Below are positions 38,366 to 50,251 of a stretch of DNA of 64,000 bases, in pieces. The first letter of the stretch is position 1. Every line of letters starts with the position of its first letter. The stretch is taken from the sequence record OL964745.1; one strand, given 5' to 3'. A program made the translations under genes and the position numbers. This DNA is from Escherichia phage T4. The notes beneath the pieces were generated by a model, which did no database searches, was not told the DNA's origin, and was given only the letters and a program-made list of their open reading frames with translations.

Positions 38366-38910
38366 CTAATAAAACAACAGAAAAAATTTATGTAGGCGTC
38401 CACAAAACTTCAAATTTGGATGATGGGTATGGGTTCTGGCGTTGCCATTAAAAATGCCATTAAAATATGGCATAGATAATTTTTATAAGCATATTATAAA
38501 ATTCTTTGAATCTGAAAAAGCTATATGACGCAGAGGCAGAAATAGTCACAGAGGAATTTGTTAAATCTAAGAAAACTTATAATATGAAACTAGGCGGTAT
38601 CGGTGGCTTCCCAAAACATAACACAGCGGGTGCTAAAAATGGATTTTACGGTAAATCTCATTCGCGTGAAACTAGATTGAAAATTAGCATTAAATCGTCT
38701 AGAAAAAGAGGGCCTAGAGGGCCTAGAGGTAAAACTCTGAAGATGTGTGGCGCCAATAACCCAAGGTATGGCAAAATAGCCCCTAATGCTAAATCTGTTA
38801 TCAACGGCGTTTTATATAAAAGTATTAAAATCGCAGCTAAAGCTCTTAATATAAATTATAGTACCTTAAAGGGGCGAGTTAAAGCGGGGTATTATAAATG
38901 CCAGGATTAA
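38329..38910 (+). pseudogene. segC: GIY-YIG homing endonuclease (segC-like) split by three +1 frame shifts
   Basis: MQDHKYFYLYSITNKTTEKIYVGVHKTSNLDDGY (frame 1), MGSGVAIKNAIK (frame 2), KYGIDNFYKHIIKFFESEKAI (frame 3), then 134-aa ORF 38506-38910 in frame 1. Confidence 0.55.
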
Positions 38911-39191
38911 GTTATGATAAGTGTGTTACTGCTGGCCATGAAGCGTGGCCTCCAACAGTTGTGAATGCTACACAAAGTAAAGTATTCACTGGAGGAATTG
39001 CTGTTCTCGTAGCAGGCGATCCAATTACAGAACATACAGAAATTAAAAAGCCGTATGAAACACATGGCGGAGTGACACAACCTAGAACTTCTAAGGTATA
39101 TGTCACTGGAAAGAAAGCTGTTCAAATGGCTGATCCAATATCATGCGGTGATACTGTGGCTCAGGCATCATCTAAAGTATTCATTAAATAG
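38898..39191 (+). CDS. 5.4: PAAR-repeat spike-tip protein gp5.4
   Basis: 97-aa ORF, Gly-rich PAAR-like repeats. Confidence 0.8.
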   Translation: MPGLSYDKCVTAGHEAWPPTVVNATQSKVFTGGIAVLVAGDPITEHTEIKKPYETHGGVTQPRTSKVYVTGKKAVQMADPISCGDTVAQASSKVFIK

Positions 39192-39199
39192 GATTTAAA

Positions 39200-41182
39200 A
39201 TGGCAAATACCCCTGTAAATTATCAATTAACAAGAACAGCAAATGCTATTCCCGAGATATTCGTCGGGGGTACATTTGCTGAAATAAAACAAAACCTCAT
39301 TGAATGGCTTAATGGCCAAAATGAATTTTTGGATTATGATTTTGAAGGCTCAAGATTAAACGTTCTGTGTGACCTTTTAGCTTATAATACATTATACATT
39401 CAGCAGTTTGGTAATGCTGCTGTGTATGAAAGCTTTATGCGTACTGCTAACTTACGAAGTTCAGTTGTTCAAGCTGCACAAGATAACGGATATTTACCTA
39501 CTTCAAAATCCGCTGCGCAGACCGAAATTATGTTAACATGCACTGACGCATTGAATAGGAATTACATTACTATTCCTCGCGGAACTCGCTTTTTAGCATA
39601 TGCAAAAGATACTTCTGTTAATCCATATAACTTCGTTTCTACCGAAGACGTTATTGCTATTCGTGATAAAAATAACCAATATTTTCCGCGTTTAAAATTG
39701 GCCCAGGGACGTATAGTAAGAACTGAAATCATTTATGATAAATTAACACCTATTATCATTTATGATAAAAATATTGATAGAAACCAGGTTAAATTATACG
39801 TTGATGGAGCGGAATGGATTAACTGGACGAGAAAGTCAATGGTTCATGCTGGTTCAACATCAACGATTTACTATATGCGTGAAACTATTGATGGAAACAC
39901 TGAATTCTATTTTGGTGAAGGTGAAATTTCTGTTAATGCTTCTGAAGGAGCTTTGACCGCTAATTATATCGGAGGTATTAAACCTACTCAGAACTCTACG
40001 ATTGTTATTGAGTACATTAGTACTAATGGTGCTGACGCGAACGGAGCAGTCGGATTTTCATACGCAGATACATTAACAAATATAACTGTCATCAATATTA
40101 ATGAAAATCCAAACGATGATCCAGATTTTGTTGGGGCAGATGGAGGCGGTGATCCAGAAGATATTGAGCGTATTCGCGAATTGGGTACTATTAAACGCGA
40201 AACCCAACAACGATGCGTAACTGCGACTGACTATGATACATTCGTTTCAGAGAGATTTGGTTCTATTATTCAAGCTGTTCAGACTTTCACTGATTCTACT
40301 AAACCTGGGTATGCATTTATTGCTGCTAAACCTAAATCAGGATTGTATTTAACTACCGTACAGCGTGAAGATATTAAAAATTATCTCAAAGACTATAATT
40401 TAGCTCCTATTACGCCATCAATTATTTCTCCTAATTATCTTTTTATTAAGACTAATTTAAAAGTCACATATGCTTTAAATAAACTGCAAGAATCCGAACA
40501 GTGGCTTGAAGGTCAAATAATTGATAAAATTGATCGCTATTATACCGAAGATGTAGAAATTTTTAACTCGTCTTTCGCTAAATCTAAGATGTTGACATAT
40601 GTAGATGATGCAGATCATTCTGTCATTGGTTCATCAGCGACTATTCAAATGGTTCGTGAAGTACAAAACTTCTATAAAACGCCTGAAGCGGGTATTAAAT
40701 ACAATAATCAAATAAAAGATCGTTCTATGGAATCTAATACGTTTTCATTTAATTCTGGACGAAAGGTTGTAAATCCTGATACTGGTTTAGAAGAAGATGT
40801 ATTATATGACGTTCGTATAGTATCAACAGACCGAGATTCTAAAGGAATTGGTAAAGTTATTATTGGTCCATTTGCTTCTGGCGATGTTACAGAAAATGAA
40901 AACATTCAGCCGTATACAGGCAACGATTTTAACAAATTAGCAAATTCTGATGGACGCGACAAATACTATGTTATCGGTGAAATAAATTATCCAGCTGATG
41001 TGATTTATTGGAATATCGCTAAAATTAATTTAACATCTGAAAAATTTGAAGTTCAGACCATTGAATTATATTCTGACCCAACCGATGATGTTATCTTTAC
41101 TCGCGATGGTTCACTGATTGTATTTGAAAATGACTTACGTCCACAATACTTAACTATCGATTTGGAGCCTATATCACAATGA
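39200..41182 (+). CDS. 6: Baseplate wedge protein gp6
   Basis: 660-aa ORF, T4 gp6 length. Confidence 0.9.
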   Translation: MANTPVNYQLTRTANAIPEIFVGGTFAEIKQNLIEWLNGQNEFLDYDFEGSRLNVLCDLLAYNTLYIQQFGNAAVYESFMRTANLRSSVVQAAQDNGYLPTSKSAAQTEIMLTCTDALNRNYITIPRGTRFLAYAKDTSVNPYNFVSTEDVIAIRDKNNQYFPRLKLAQGRIVRTEIIYDKLTPIIIYDKNIDRNQVKLYVDGAEWINWTRKSMVHAGSTSTIYYMRETIDGNTEFYFGEGEISVNASEGALTANYIGGIKPTQNSTIVIEYISTNGADANGAVGFSYADTLTNITVININENPNDDPDFVGADGGGDPEDIERIRELGTIKRETQQRCVTATDYDTFVSERFGSIIQAVQTFTDSTKPGYAFIAAKPKSGLYLTTVQREDIKNYLKDYNLAPITPSIISPNYLFIKTNLKVTYALNKLQESEQWLEGQIIDKIDRYYTEDVEIFNSSFAKSKMLTYVDDADHSVIGSSATIQMVREVQNFYKTPEAGIKYNNQIKDRSMESNTFSFNSGRKVVNPDTGLEEDVLYDVRIVSTDRDSKGIGKVIIGPFASGDVTENENIQPYTGNDFNKLANSDGRDKYYVIGEINYPADVIYWNIAKINLTSEKFEVQTIELYSDPTDDVIFTRDGSLIVFENDLRPQYLTIDLEPISQ

Positions 41183-44100
41183 CAGTAAAAGCACCTTCAG
41201 TCACTAGTCTCAGAATTTCCAAGTTATCCGCAAATCAGGTGCAAGTACGCTGGGATGACGTTGGTGCTAATTTCTACAAAATAGTAGAAATCGCTGAGAC
41301 AAAAACAAACTCGGGGGAAAATCTCCCGAGTAATCAATATCGTTGGATTAATTTAGGATATACAGCAAATAATAGTTTCTTTTTTGATGATGCTGATCCA
41401 TTAACAACATACATTATTAGAGTAGCCACAGCTGCGCAAGATTTTGAGCAGTCTGATTGGATTTATACCGAAGAGTTTGAAACTTTTGCTACAAATGCTT
41501 ATACATTTCAAAACATGATTGAAATGCAATTAGCCAATAAATTCATTCAGGAAAAATTTACTCTTAATAATTCTGATTATGTTAATTTTAATAATGATAC
41601 TATAATGGCTGCATTGATGAATGAATCATTCCAATTCAGCCCATCGTATGTTGATGTTTCATCAATAAGTAATTTTATTATTGGTGAAAATGAGTATCAT
41701 GAAATACAAGGTTCTATTCAGCAAGTATGTAAGGATATTAACCGAGTTTATTTGATGGAATCAGAAGGAATTCTATATCTTTTTGAGCGCTATCAACCTG
41801 TAGTTAAAGTATCCAATGATAAAGGACAAACCTGGAAAGCTGTAAAGCTCTTCAATGACCGTGTAGGATATCCTTTATCTAAGACAGTATATTACCAATC
41901 TGCGAACACAACATACGTTCTAGGATACGACAAGATTTTCTATGGCCGCAAATCTACTGATGTTAGATGGTCAGCCGATGATGTCAGATTTAGTTCTCAG
42001 GATATAACATTTGCTAAACTTGGCGACCAATTACATCTAGGATTTGATGTAGAAATTTTTGCCACTTACGCGACTTTACCAGCGAATGTATACCGCATTG
42101 CAGAAGCTATTACTTGCACCGATGATTACATTTACGTTGTCGCCAGAGACAAAGTTAGATACATAAAAACGAGTAATGCACCTATAGATTCTGATCCATT
42201 ATCTCCAACATATTCGGAAAGACTTTTTGAACCTGATACCATGACTATAACCGGAAATCCTAAAGCAGTATGCTATAAAATGGATTCTATCTGTGATAAA
42301 GTTTTTGCTCTTATTATTGGTGAAGTTGAAACATTAAATGCTAATCCTAGAACATCAAAAATAATTGATTCCACTGATAAAGGAATATATGTTTTAAATC
42401 ATGACGAAAAAACATGGAAAAGAGTTTTTGGTAATACCGAAGAAGAAAGAAGACGTATTCAACCCGGATATGCGAATATGTCAACTGACGGTAAATTAGT
42501 TTCTCTGTCTTCGAGTAATTTTAAATTTTTAAGTGATAATGTTGTTAATGACCCTGAAACTGCAGCAAAATATCAGTTAATTGGCGCTGTTAAATATGAA
42601 TTTCCTCGTGAATGGTTAGCTGATAAGCATTATCATATGATGGCATTTATAGCGGATGAAACATCTGATTGGGAGACTTTTACTCCTCAACCAATGAAAT
42701 ACTACGCAGAACCATTCTTTAACTGGTCTAAAAAATCTAACACACGTTGTTGGATAAACAACTCTGATAGAGCTGTGGTAGTTTATGCTGATTTAAAATA
42801 CACTAAAGTTATAGAAAATATTCCGGAAACATCACCAGATAGATTAGTTCATGAATACTGGGATGATGGTGATTGCACTATAGTAATGCCAAATGTCAAA
42901 TTCACTGGATTTAAAAAATACGCATCAGGAATGCTTTTCTATAAAGCCTCCGGTGAAATAATTTCTTACTATGATTTTAACTATCGTGTGAGAGATACAG
43001 TAGAAATTATTTGGAAGCCAACTGAAGTATTTTTAAAAGCATTTTTACAAAACCAAGAGCATGAGACTCCTTGGTCACCAGAAGAAGAGCGTGGATTAGC
43101 TGACCCTGATTTAAGACCATTAATTGGCACAATGATGCCTGATTCTTATTTGTTACAGGATTCGAATTTTGAGGCATTTTGCGAAGCATATATTCAGTAT
43201 CTTTCTGATGGATATGGAACTCAATACAATAATTTACGAAATTTAATTCGTAACCAATATCCACGAGAAGAGCACGCATGGGAATATTTGTGGTCAGAGA
43301 TATATAAAAGAAACATTTATTTAAATGCTGATAAACGCGATGCTGTTGCGAGATTCTTTGAATCACGTAGCTATGATTTTTATTCTACTAAAGGAATTGA
43401 AGCATCATACAAGTTTCTTTTTAAAGTTCTTTATAATGAAGAAGTTGAAATTGAAATTGAATCTGGGGCTGGTACTGAATATGATATAATCGTTCAATCT
43501 GATTCTTTGACTGAAGATTTAGTAGGACAAACGATTTATACGGCAACAGGAAGATGTAATGTTACTTATATAGAAAGAAGCTATTCTAATGGTAAATTGC
43601 AATGGACCGTAACTATTCATAATCTTTTGGGACGATTAATTGCTGGTCAAGAAGTTAAAGCAGAAAGACTCCCTAGTTTTGAAGGCGAAATTATTCGTGG
43701 GGTTAAAGGAAAGGATTTGCTTCAAAACAATATAGACTATATTAATAGAAGTAGATCATACTATGTAATGAAAATTAAATCCAATTTACCTTCTTCCCGC
43801 TGGAAATCTGACGTTATTCGTTTTGTTCATCCAGTAGGATTTGGATTTATAGCAATTACCCTTTTAACAATGTTTATTAATGTTGGTTTAACTCTTAAAC
43901 ATACAGAGACTATAATTAATAAATACAAAAACTATAAATGGGATTCTGGATTGCCTACTGAATATGCCGACAGAATAGCTAAATTAACTCCAACCGGTGA
44001 AATTGAGCATGATTCAGTAACAGGCGAAGCAATTTATGAGCCTGGCCCAATGGCTGATGTAAAATATCCTCTTCCTGATGACTATAATGCTGAAAATAAT

Positions 44101-44277
44101 AATTCAATATTTCAAGGTCAATTGCCGTCTGAACGACGTAAATTAATGAGTCCTTTATTTGATGCATCTGGAACAACATTTGCGCAATTTAGAGATTTAG
44201 TTAATAAACGTCTAAAAGATAATATAGGAAATCCAAGAGACCCTGAAAATCCAACACAGGTTAAAATAGATGAATGA
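41179..44277 (+). CDS. 7: Baseplate wedge protein gp7
   Basis: 1032-aa ORF, T4 gp7 length; ATGA overlap with gp6. Confidence 0.9.
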   Translation: MTVKAPSVTSLRISKLSANQVQVRWDDVGANFYKIVEIAETKTNSGENLPSNQYRWINLGYTANNSFFFDDADPLTTYIIRVATAAQDFEQSDWIYTEEFETFATNAYTFQNMIEMQLANKFIQEKFTLNNSDYVNFNNDTIMAALMNESFQFSPSYVDVSSISNFIIGENEYHEIQGSIQQVCKDINRVYLMESEGILYLFERYQPVVKVSNDKGQTWKAVKLFNDRVGYPLSKTVYYQSANTTYVLGYDKIFYGRKSTDVRWSADDVRFSSQDITFAKLGDQLHLGFDVEIFATYATLPANVYRIAEAITCTDDYIYVVARDKVRYIKTSNAPIDSDPLSPTYSERLFEPDTMTITGNPKAVCYKMDSICDKVFALIIGEVETLNANPRTSKIIDSTDKGIYVLNHDEKTWKRVFGNTEEERRRIQPGYANMSTDGKLVSLSSSNFKFLSDNVVNDPETAAKYQLIGAVKYEFPREWLADKHYHMMAFIADETSDWETFTPQPMKYYAEPFFNWSKKSNTRCWINNSDRAVVVYADLKYTKVIENIPETSPDRLVHEYWDDGDCTIVMPNVKFTGFKKYASGMLFYKASGEIISYYDFNYRVRDTVEIIWKPTEVFLKAFLQNQEHETPWSPEEERGLADPDLRPLIGTMMPDSYLLQDSNFEAFCEAYIQYLSDGYGTQYNNLRNLIRNQYPREEHAWEYLWSEIYKRNIYLNADKRDAVARFFESRSYDFYSTKGIEASYKFLFKVLYNEEVEIEIESGAGTEYDIIVQSDSLTEDLVGQTIYTATGRCNVTYIERSYSNGKLQWTVTIHNLLGRLIAGQEVKAERLPSFEGEIIRGVKGKDLLQNNIDYINRSRSYYVMKIKSNLPSSRWKSDVIRFVHPVGFGFIAITLLTMFINVGLTLKHTETIINKYKNYKWDSGLPTEYADRIAKLTPTGEIEHDSVTGEAIYEPGPMADVKYPLPDDYNAENNNSIFQGQLPSERRKLMSPLFDASGTTFAQFRDLVNKRLKDNIGNPRDPENPTQVKIDE

Positions 44278-45274
44278 TTCAAGTGTTATCTATCGTGCGA
44301 TAGTTACTTCAAAATTTAGAACAGAAAAAATGTTGAATTTTTATAATTCAATTGGAAGTGGTCCGGATAAAAACACTATCTTTATCACATTTGGAAGATC
44401 AGAACCGTGGTCATCAAATGAAAATGAGGTGGGCTTTGCCCCACCTTATCCAACCGATTCTGTATTAGGCGTAACTGACATGTGGACGCATATGATGGGA
44501 ACAGTAAAAGTTCTTCCATCAATGCTTGATGCTGTTATTCCTCGCAGAGATTGGGGAGATACTAGATATCCGGATCCATACACATTTAGAATTAACGATA
44601 TTGTAGTGTGTAACTCAGCTCCTTACAACGCTACTGAATCAGGCGCTGGTTGGTTAGTGTATCGTTGTTTAGATGTTCCTGATACCGGAATGTGTTCAAT
44701 AGCATCTTTAACTGATAAAGATGAATGCCTTAAGTTAGGTGGAAAATGGACTCCTTCTGCTAGGTCAATGACTCCGCCTGAAGGTCGAGGAGATGCTGAA
44801 GGAACAATTGAACCCGGAGACGGGTATGTGTGGGAATATCTATTTGAGATTCCGCCTGATGTATCTATAAATAGATGCACGAATGAATATATCGTGGTTC
44901 CTTGGCCTGAGGAATTAAAAGAAGACCCGACTAGATGGGGATATGAAGATAATCTCACTTGGCAACAAGATGATTTTGGATTAATTTACCGTGTTAAGGC
45001 AAATACTATCCGTTTTAAAGCATATTTAGATTCAGTTTATTTTCCTGAAGCTGCATTGCCAGGAAATAAAGGATTTAGACAAATATCAATAATCACGAAT
45101 CCTCTTGAAGCTAAAGCTCATCCAAATGACCCAAACGTTAAAGCTGAAAAGGATTATTATGACCCAGAAGATTTAATGAGGCATTCGGGTGAAATGATTT
45201 ATATGGAAAATAGGCCACCTATTATTATGGCAATGGATCAAACAGAAGAAATCAATATTCTGTTTACATTTTAA
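44270..45274 (+). CDS. 8: Baseplate wedge protein gp8
   Basis: 334-aa ORF. Confidence 0.9.
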   Translation: MNDSSVIYRAIVTSKFRTEKMLNFYNSIGSGPDKNTIFITFGRSEPWSSNENEVGFAPPYPTDSVLGVTDMWTHMMGTVKVLPSMLDAVIPRRDWGDTRYPDPYTFRINDIVVCNSAPYNATESGAGWLVYRCLDVPDTGMCSIASLTDKDECLKLGGKWTPSARSMTPPEGRGDAEGTIEPGDGYVWEYLFEIPPDVSINRCTNEYIVVPWPEELKEDPTRWGYEDNLTWQQDDFGLIYRVKANTIRFKAYLDSVYFPEAALPGNKGFRQISIITNPLEAKAHPNDPNVKAEKDYYDPEDLMRHSGEMIYMENRPPIIMAMDQTEEINILFTF

Positions 45275-45279
45275 ATTAA

Positions 45280-45305
45280 GGGAGCCCATGGGCTCCCTTT
45301 TTCTT
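45280..45305 (+). terminator. Rho-independent terminator between genes 8 and 9
   Basis: Perfect palindrome GGGAGCCCATGGGCTCCC followed by TTTTTCTTT. Confidence 0.6.
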
Positions 45306-45313
45306 TATAAATA
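45306..45313 (+). promoter_or_regulatory. Late promoter upstream of gene 9
   Basis: Exact TATAAATA about 25 nt before the gp9 start. Confidence 0.6.
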
Positions 45314-45337
45314 CTATAAACTCATAAGGAAACCGCT

Positions 45338-46204
45338 ATGTTCATTCAAGAACCAAAGAAATTGATTGATACCGGCGAAATTGGTAACGCTTCTACTGGT
45401 GATATCTTATTCGACGGTGGTAATAAAATTAATAGTGATTTTAACGCAATTTATAATGCGTTTGGCGATCAGCGTAAAATGGCAGTAGCAAATGGCACTG
45501 GAGCAGATGGTCAAATTATCCATGCTACTGGATATTATCAAAAACACTCTATTACAGAGTACGCAACTCCAGTGAAAGTTGGCACTAGACATGATATTGA
45601 TACCTCTACTGTAGGTGTTAAAGTTATCATTGAAAGAGGCGAACTCGGCGATTGTGTTGAATTCATTAACTCTAATGGATCAATATCAGTTACTAATCCT
45701 TTGACAATTCAAGCTATTGATTCAATTAAAGGTGTTTCAGGTAATTTAGTAGTAACTAGCCCATATAGTAAAGTTACTTTACGCTGTATTTCATCTGATA
45801 ATTCTACGTCGGTTTGGAATTATTCTATTGAAAGTATGTTTGGACAAAAGGAATCACCAGCTGAAGGTACATGGAATATTTCTACATCTGGATCAGTTGA
45901 CATTCCATTATTTCATCGTACTGAATACAATATGGCTAAATTGCTAGTTACGTGCCAATCGGTAGATGGAAGAAAAATTAAAACAGCAGAAATAAATATT
46001 CTTGTGGATACTGTTAATTCAGAGGTAATTTCTTCTGAATATGCTGTCATGCGAGTTGGGAATGAAACCGAAGAAGACGAAATCGCTAATATTGCATTTA
46101 GTATTAAAGAAAATTATGTAACGGCGACTATAAGTTCTTCAACTGTCGGTATGAGAGCAGCAGTTAAAGTTATCGCTACGCAGAAAATCGGGGTGGCTCA
46201 ATAA
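45338..46204 (+). CDS. 9: Baseplate wedge protein gp9 (long tail fibre socket)
   Basis: 288-aa ORF. Confidence 0.9.
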   Translation: MFIQEPKKLIDTGEIGNASTGDILFDGGNKINSDFNAIYNAFGDQRKMAVANGTGADGQIIHATGYYQKHSITEYATPVKVGTRHDIDTSTVGVKVIIERGELGDCVEFINSNGSISVTNPLTIQAIDSIKGVSGNLVVTSPYSKVTLRCISSDNSTSVWNYSIESMFGQKESPAEGTWNISTSGSVDIPLFHRTEYNMAKLLVTCQSVDGRKIKTAEINILVDTVNSEVISSEYAVMRVGNETEEDEIANIAFSIKENYVTATISSSTVGMRAAVKVIATQKIGVAQ

Positions 46205-48012
46205 TGAAACAAAATATTAATATCGGTAATGTTGTAGATGATGGTACCGGTGACTACCTGCGTAAAGGTGGTATAAAAATAAATGAAAACTTTGATGAGC
46301 TTTATTATGAACTCGGTGATGGTGATGTTCCATATTCAGCCGGTGCCTGGAAAACTTATAATGCTTCATCAGGACAAACATTAACAGCAGAATGGGGAAA
46401 ATCATACGCTATTAATACATCTTCTGGAAGAGTGACTATAAATCTTCCAAAGGGTACAGTTAATGATTACAACAAGGTAATTAGAGCTAGAGACGTATTT
46501 GCTACATGGAACGTCAACCCAGTTACACTAGTAGCTGCTTCCGGCGATACGATTAAAGGGTCTGCAGTACCAGTTGAAATTAATGTTCAATTCAGCGATT
46601 TAGAACTAGTGTATTGTGCCCCAGGACGTTGGGAATATGTCAAAAATAAACAAATTGACAAAATTACCAGTTCAGACATTAGTAATGTAGCTCGCAAAGA
46701 ATTTTTAGTTGAAGTTCAAGGACAAACAGACTTTTTAGATGTTTTCCGTGGAACTAGTTATAATGTAAATAACATCAGAGTAAAACATCGTGGTAACGAA
46801 TTGTATTACGGCGATGTGTTTAGCGAAAACAGCGATTTTGGCTCTCCAGGCGAAAATGAAGGAGAACTGGTTCCTCTTGATGGATTTAACATTCGATTAA
46901 GACAGCCTTGTAATATTGGTGACACTGTTCAAATTGAAACATTTATGGATGGTGTATCACAGTGGAGAAGTTCATATACAAGACGTCAAATTAGATTGTT
47001 AGATTCAAAATTAACGTCAAAAACTTCTTTAGAAGGAAGCATTTACGTTACTGATTTATCAACAATGAAATCAATTCCATTTTCTGCTTTTGGATTAATT
47101 CCAGGAGAACCTATTAATCCTAACTCTCTTGAGGTTCGTTTTAACGGGATTTTACAGGAATTGGCTGGCACAGTTGGAATGCCATTATTTCATTGTGTTG
47201 GTGCCGATTCAGACGATGAAGTAGAATGCTCTGTTTTAGGTGGAACTTGGGAACAATCTCATACCGATTATTCAGTTGAAACTGATGAAAACGGCATACC
47301 AGAAATTTTACATTTCGATAGAGTATTTGAGCATGGTGACATTATCAATATCACCTGGTTTAATAATGATTTGGGTACATTATTAACAAAAGATGAGATT
47401 ATTGATGAAACTGATAATCTCTATGTATCGCAAGGACCTGGAGTAGATATTTCTGGTGATGTAAATTTAACAGACTTCGATAAAATTGGTTGGCCAAATG
47501 TAGAAGCAGTTCAATCTTATCAACGCGAATTTAATGCTGTTTCAAATATCTTTGATACGATTTATCCTATTGGAACTATATATGAAAACGCTGTTAATCC
47601 AAATAACCCTGTTACATATATGGGATTCGGCTCATGGAAATTATTTGGGCAAGGAAAAGTTTTAGTTGGATGGAATGAAGATATTTCGGACCCTAACTTT
47701 GCTCTAAATAACAACGATTTAGATTCGGGTGGAAATCCTTCACATACCGCAGGTGGAACAGGTGGTTCTACTTCTGTTACATTGGAAAATGCTAATCTTC
47801 CTGCAACTGAAACAGATGAAGAAGTTCTAATAGTTGATGAAAATGGATCAGTCATTGTTGGTGGGTGTCAATACGATCCAGATGAATCCGGTCCAATTTA
47901 CACTAAATACCGTGAAGCTAAAGCATCTACTAACTCTACTCACACTCCGCCAACATCAATAACTAACATTCAACCATATATTACAGTTTATCGTTGGATA
48001 AGGATTGCATAA
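46204..48012 (+). CDS. 10: Baseplate wedge protein gp10
   Basis: 602-aa ORF. Confidence 0.9.
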
Positions 48013-48671
48013 TGAGTTTACTTAATAATAAAGCGGGAGTTATTTCCCGCTTAGCCGATTTTCTTGGTTTTAGACCTAAAACTGGCGACATTGATGTAAT
48101 GAATCGTCAATCAGTCGGGTCAGTGACAATATCTCAATTAGCGAAAGGATTTTATGAACCAAACATAGAATCAGCTATTAATGACGTTCATAATTTTTCT
48201 ATAAAAGACGTTGGCACAATTATTACTAATAAAACTGGTGTTTCTCCTGAGGGTGTTTCTCAAACTGATTATTGGGCATTTTCTGGAACTGTAACAGACG
48301 ATTCTCTTCCTCCGGGTTCTCCTATTACGGTATTAGTATTTGGTCTTCCAGTTTCAGCAACAACTGGAATGACGGCAATTGAGTTTGTTGCAAAAGTTCG
48401 CGTTGCACTACAAGAAGCTATTGCGTCATTTACTGCTATCAATTCATATAAAGACCATCCAACTGATGGTAGTAAATTAGAAGTTACTTATTTAGATAAT
48501 CAAAAACATGTATTAAGCACATATTCTACATATGGAATAACTATTTCCCAAGAAATTATATCTGAGTCTAAGCCTGGCTATGGTACATGGAATTTATTGG
48601 GCGCACAAACTGTAACTTTAGATAATCAGCAGACTCCTACAGTATTTTATCATTTTGAGAGAACAGCATGA
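48012..48671 (+). CDS. 11: Baseplate wedge protein gp11
   Basis: 219 aa from [10 protein letters not shown]; ATGA-type overlap with gp10 stop. Confidence 0.85.
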
Positions 48672-50251
48672 GTAATAATACATATCAACACGTTTCTAAT
48701 GAATCTCGTTATGTAAAATTTGATCCTACCGATACGAATTTTCCACCGGAGATTACTGATGTTCAGGCTGCTATAGCAGCCATTTCTCCTGCTGGAGTAA
48801 ATGGAGTTCCTGATGCATCGTCAACAACAAAGGGAATTCTATTTCTTGCCACTGAACAGGAAGTTATAGATGGAACTAATAATACCAAAGCAGTTACACC
48901 AGCAACGTTGGCAACAAGATTATCTTATCCAAATGCAACTGAAACTGTTTACGGATTAACAAGATATTCAACCAATGATGAAGCCATTGCCGGAGTTAAT
49001 AATGAATCTTCTATAACTCCAGCTAAATTTACTGTCGCCCTTAATAATGCGTTTGAAACGCGAGTTTCAACTGAATCCTCAAATGGTGTTATTAAAATTT
49101 CATCTCTACCGCAAGCATTAGCTGGTGCAGATGATACTACTGCAATGACTCCATTAAAAACACAGCAGTTAGCTATTAAATTAATTGCGCAAATTGCTCC
49201 TTCTGAAACCACAGCTACCGAATCGGACCAAGGTGTTGTTCAATTAGCAACAGTAGCGCAGGTTCGTCAGGGAACTTTAAGAGAAGGCTATGCAATTTCT
49301 CCTTATACGTTTATGAATTCATCTGCTACTGAAGAATATAAAGGCGTAATTAAATTAGGAACACAATCAGAAGTTAACTCGAATAATGCTTCTGTTGCGG
49401 TTACTGGCGCAACTCTTAATGGTCGTGGTTCTACGACGTCAATGAGAGGCGTAGTTAAATTAACTACAACCGCCGGTTCACAGAGTGGAGGCGATGCTTC
49501 ATCAGCCTTAGCTTGGAATGCTGACGTTATCCACCAAAGAGGTGGTCAAATTATCTATGGAACACTCCGCATTGAAGACACATTTACAATAGCTAATGGT
49601 GGAGCAAATATTACGGGTACCGTCAGAATGACTGGCGGTTATATTCAAGGTAACCGCATCGTAACACAAAATGAAATTGATAGAACTATTCCTGTCGGAG
49701 CTATTATGATGTGGGCCGCTGATAGTCTTCCTAGTGATGCTTGGCGCTTCTGCCATGGTGGAACTGTTTCAGCGTCAGATTGTCCATTATATGCTTCTAG
49801 AATTGGAACAAGATATGGCGGAAACCCATCAAATCCTGGATTGCCTGACATGCGTGGTCTTTTTGTTCGTGGTTCTGGTCGTGGTTCTCACTTAACAAAT
49901 CCAAATGTTAATGGTAATGACCAATTTGGTAAACCTAGATTAGGTGTAGGTTGTACCGGTGGATATGTTGGTGAAGTACAGAAACAACAGATGTCTTATC
50001 ATAAACATGCTGGCGGATTTGGTGAGTATAATGATTCTGGGGCATTCGGTAATACCCGTAGATCAAATTTTGTTGGTACACGTAAAGGACTTGACTGGGA
50101 TAACCGTTCATACTTCACCAATGACGGATATGAAATTGACCCAGAATCACAACGAAATTCCAAATATACATTAAATCGTCCTGAATTAATTGGAAATGAA
50201 ACACGTCCATGGAACATTTCTTTAAACTACATAATTAAGGTAAAAGAATGA
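48668..50251 (+). CDS. 12: Short tail fibre protein gp12
   Basis: 527-aa ORF. Confidence 0.9.
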
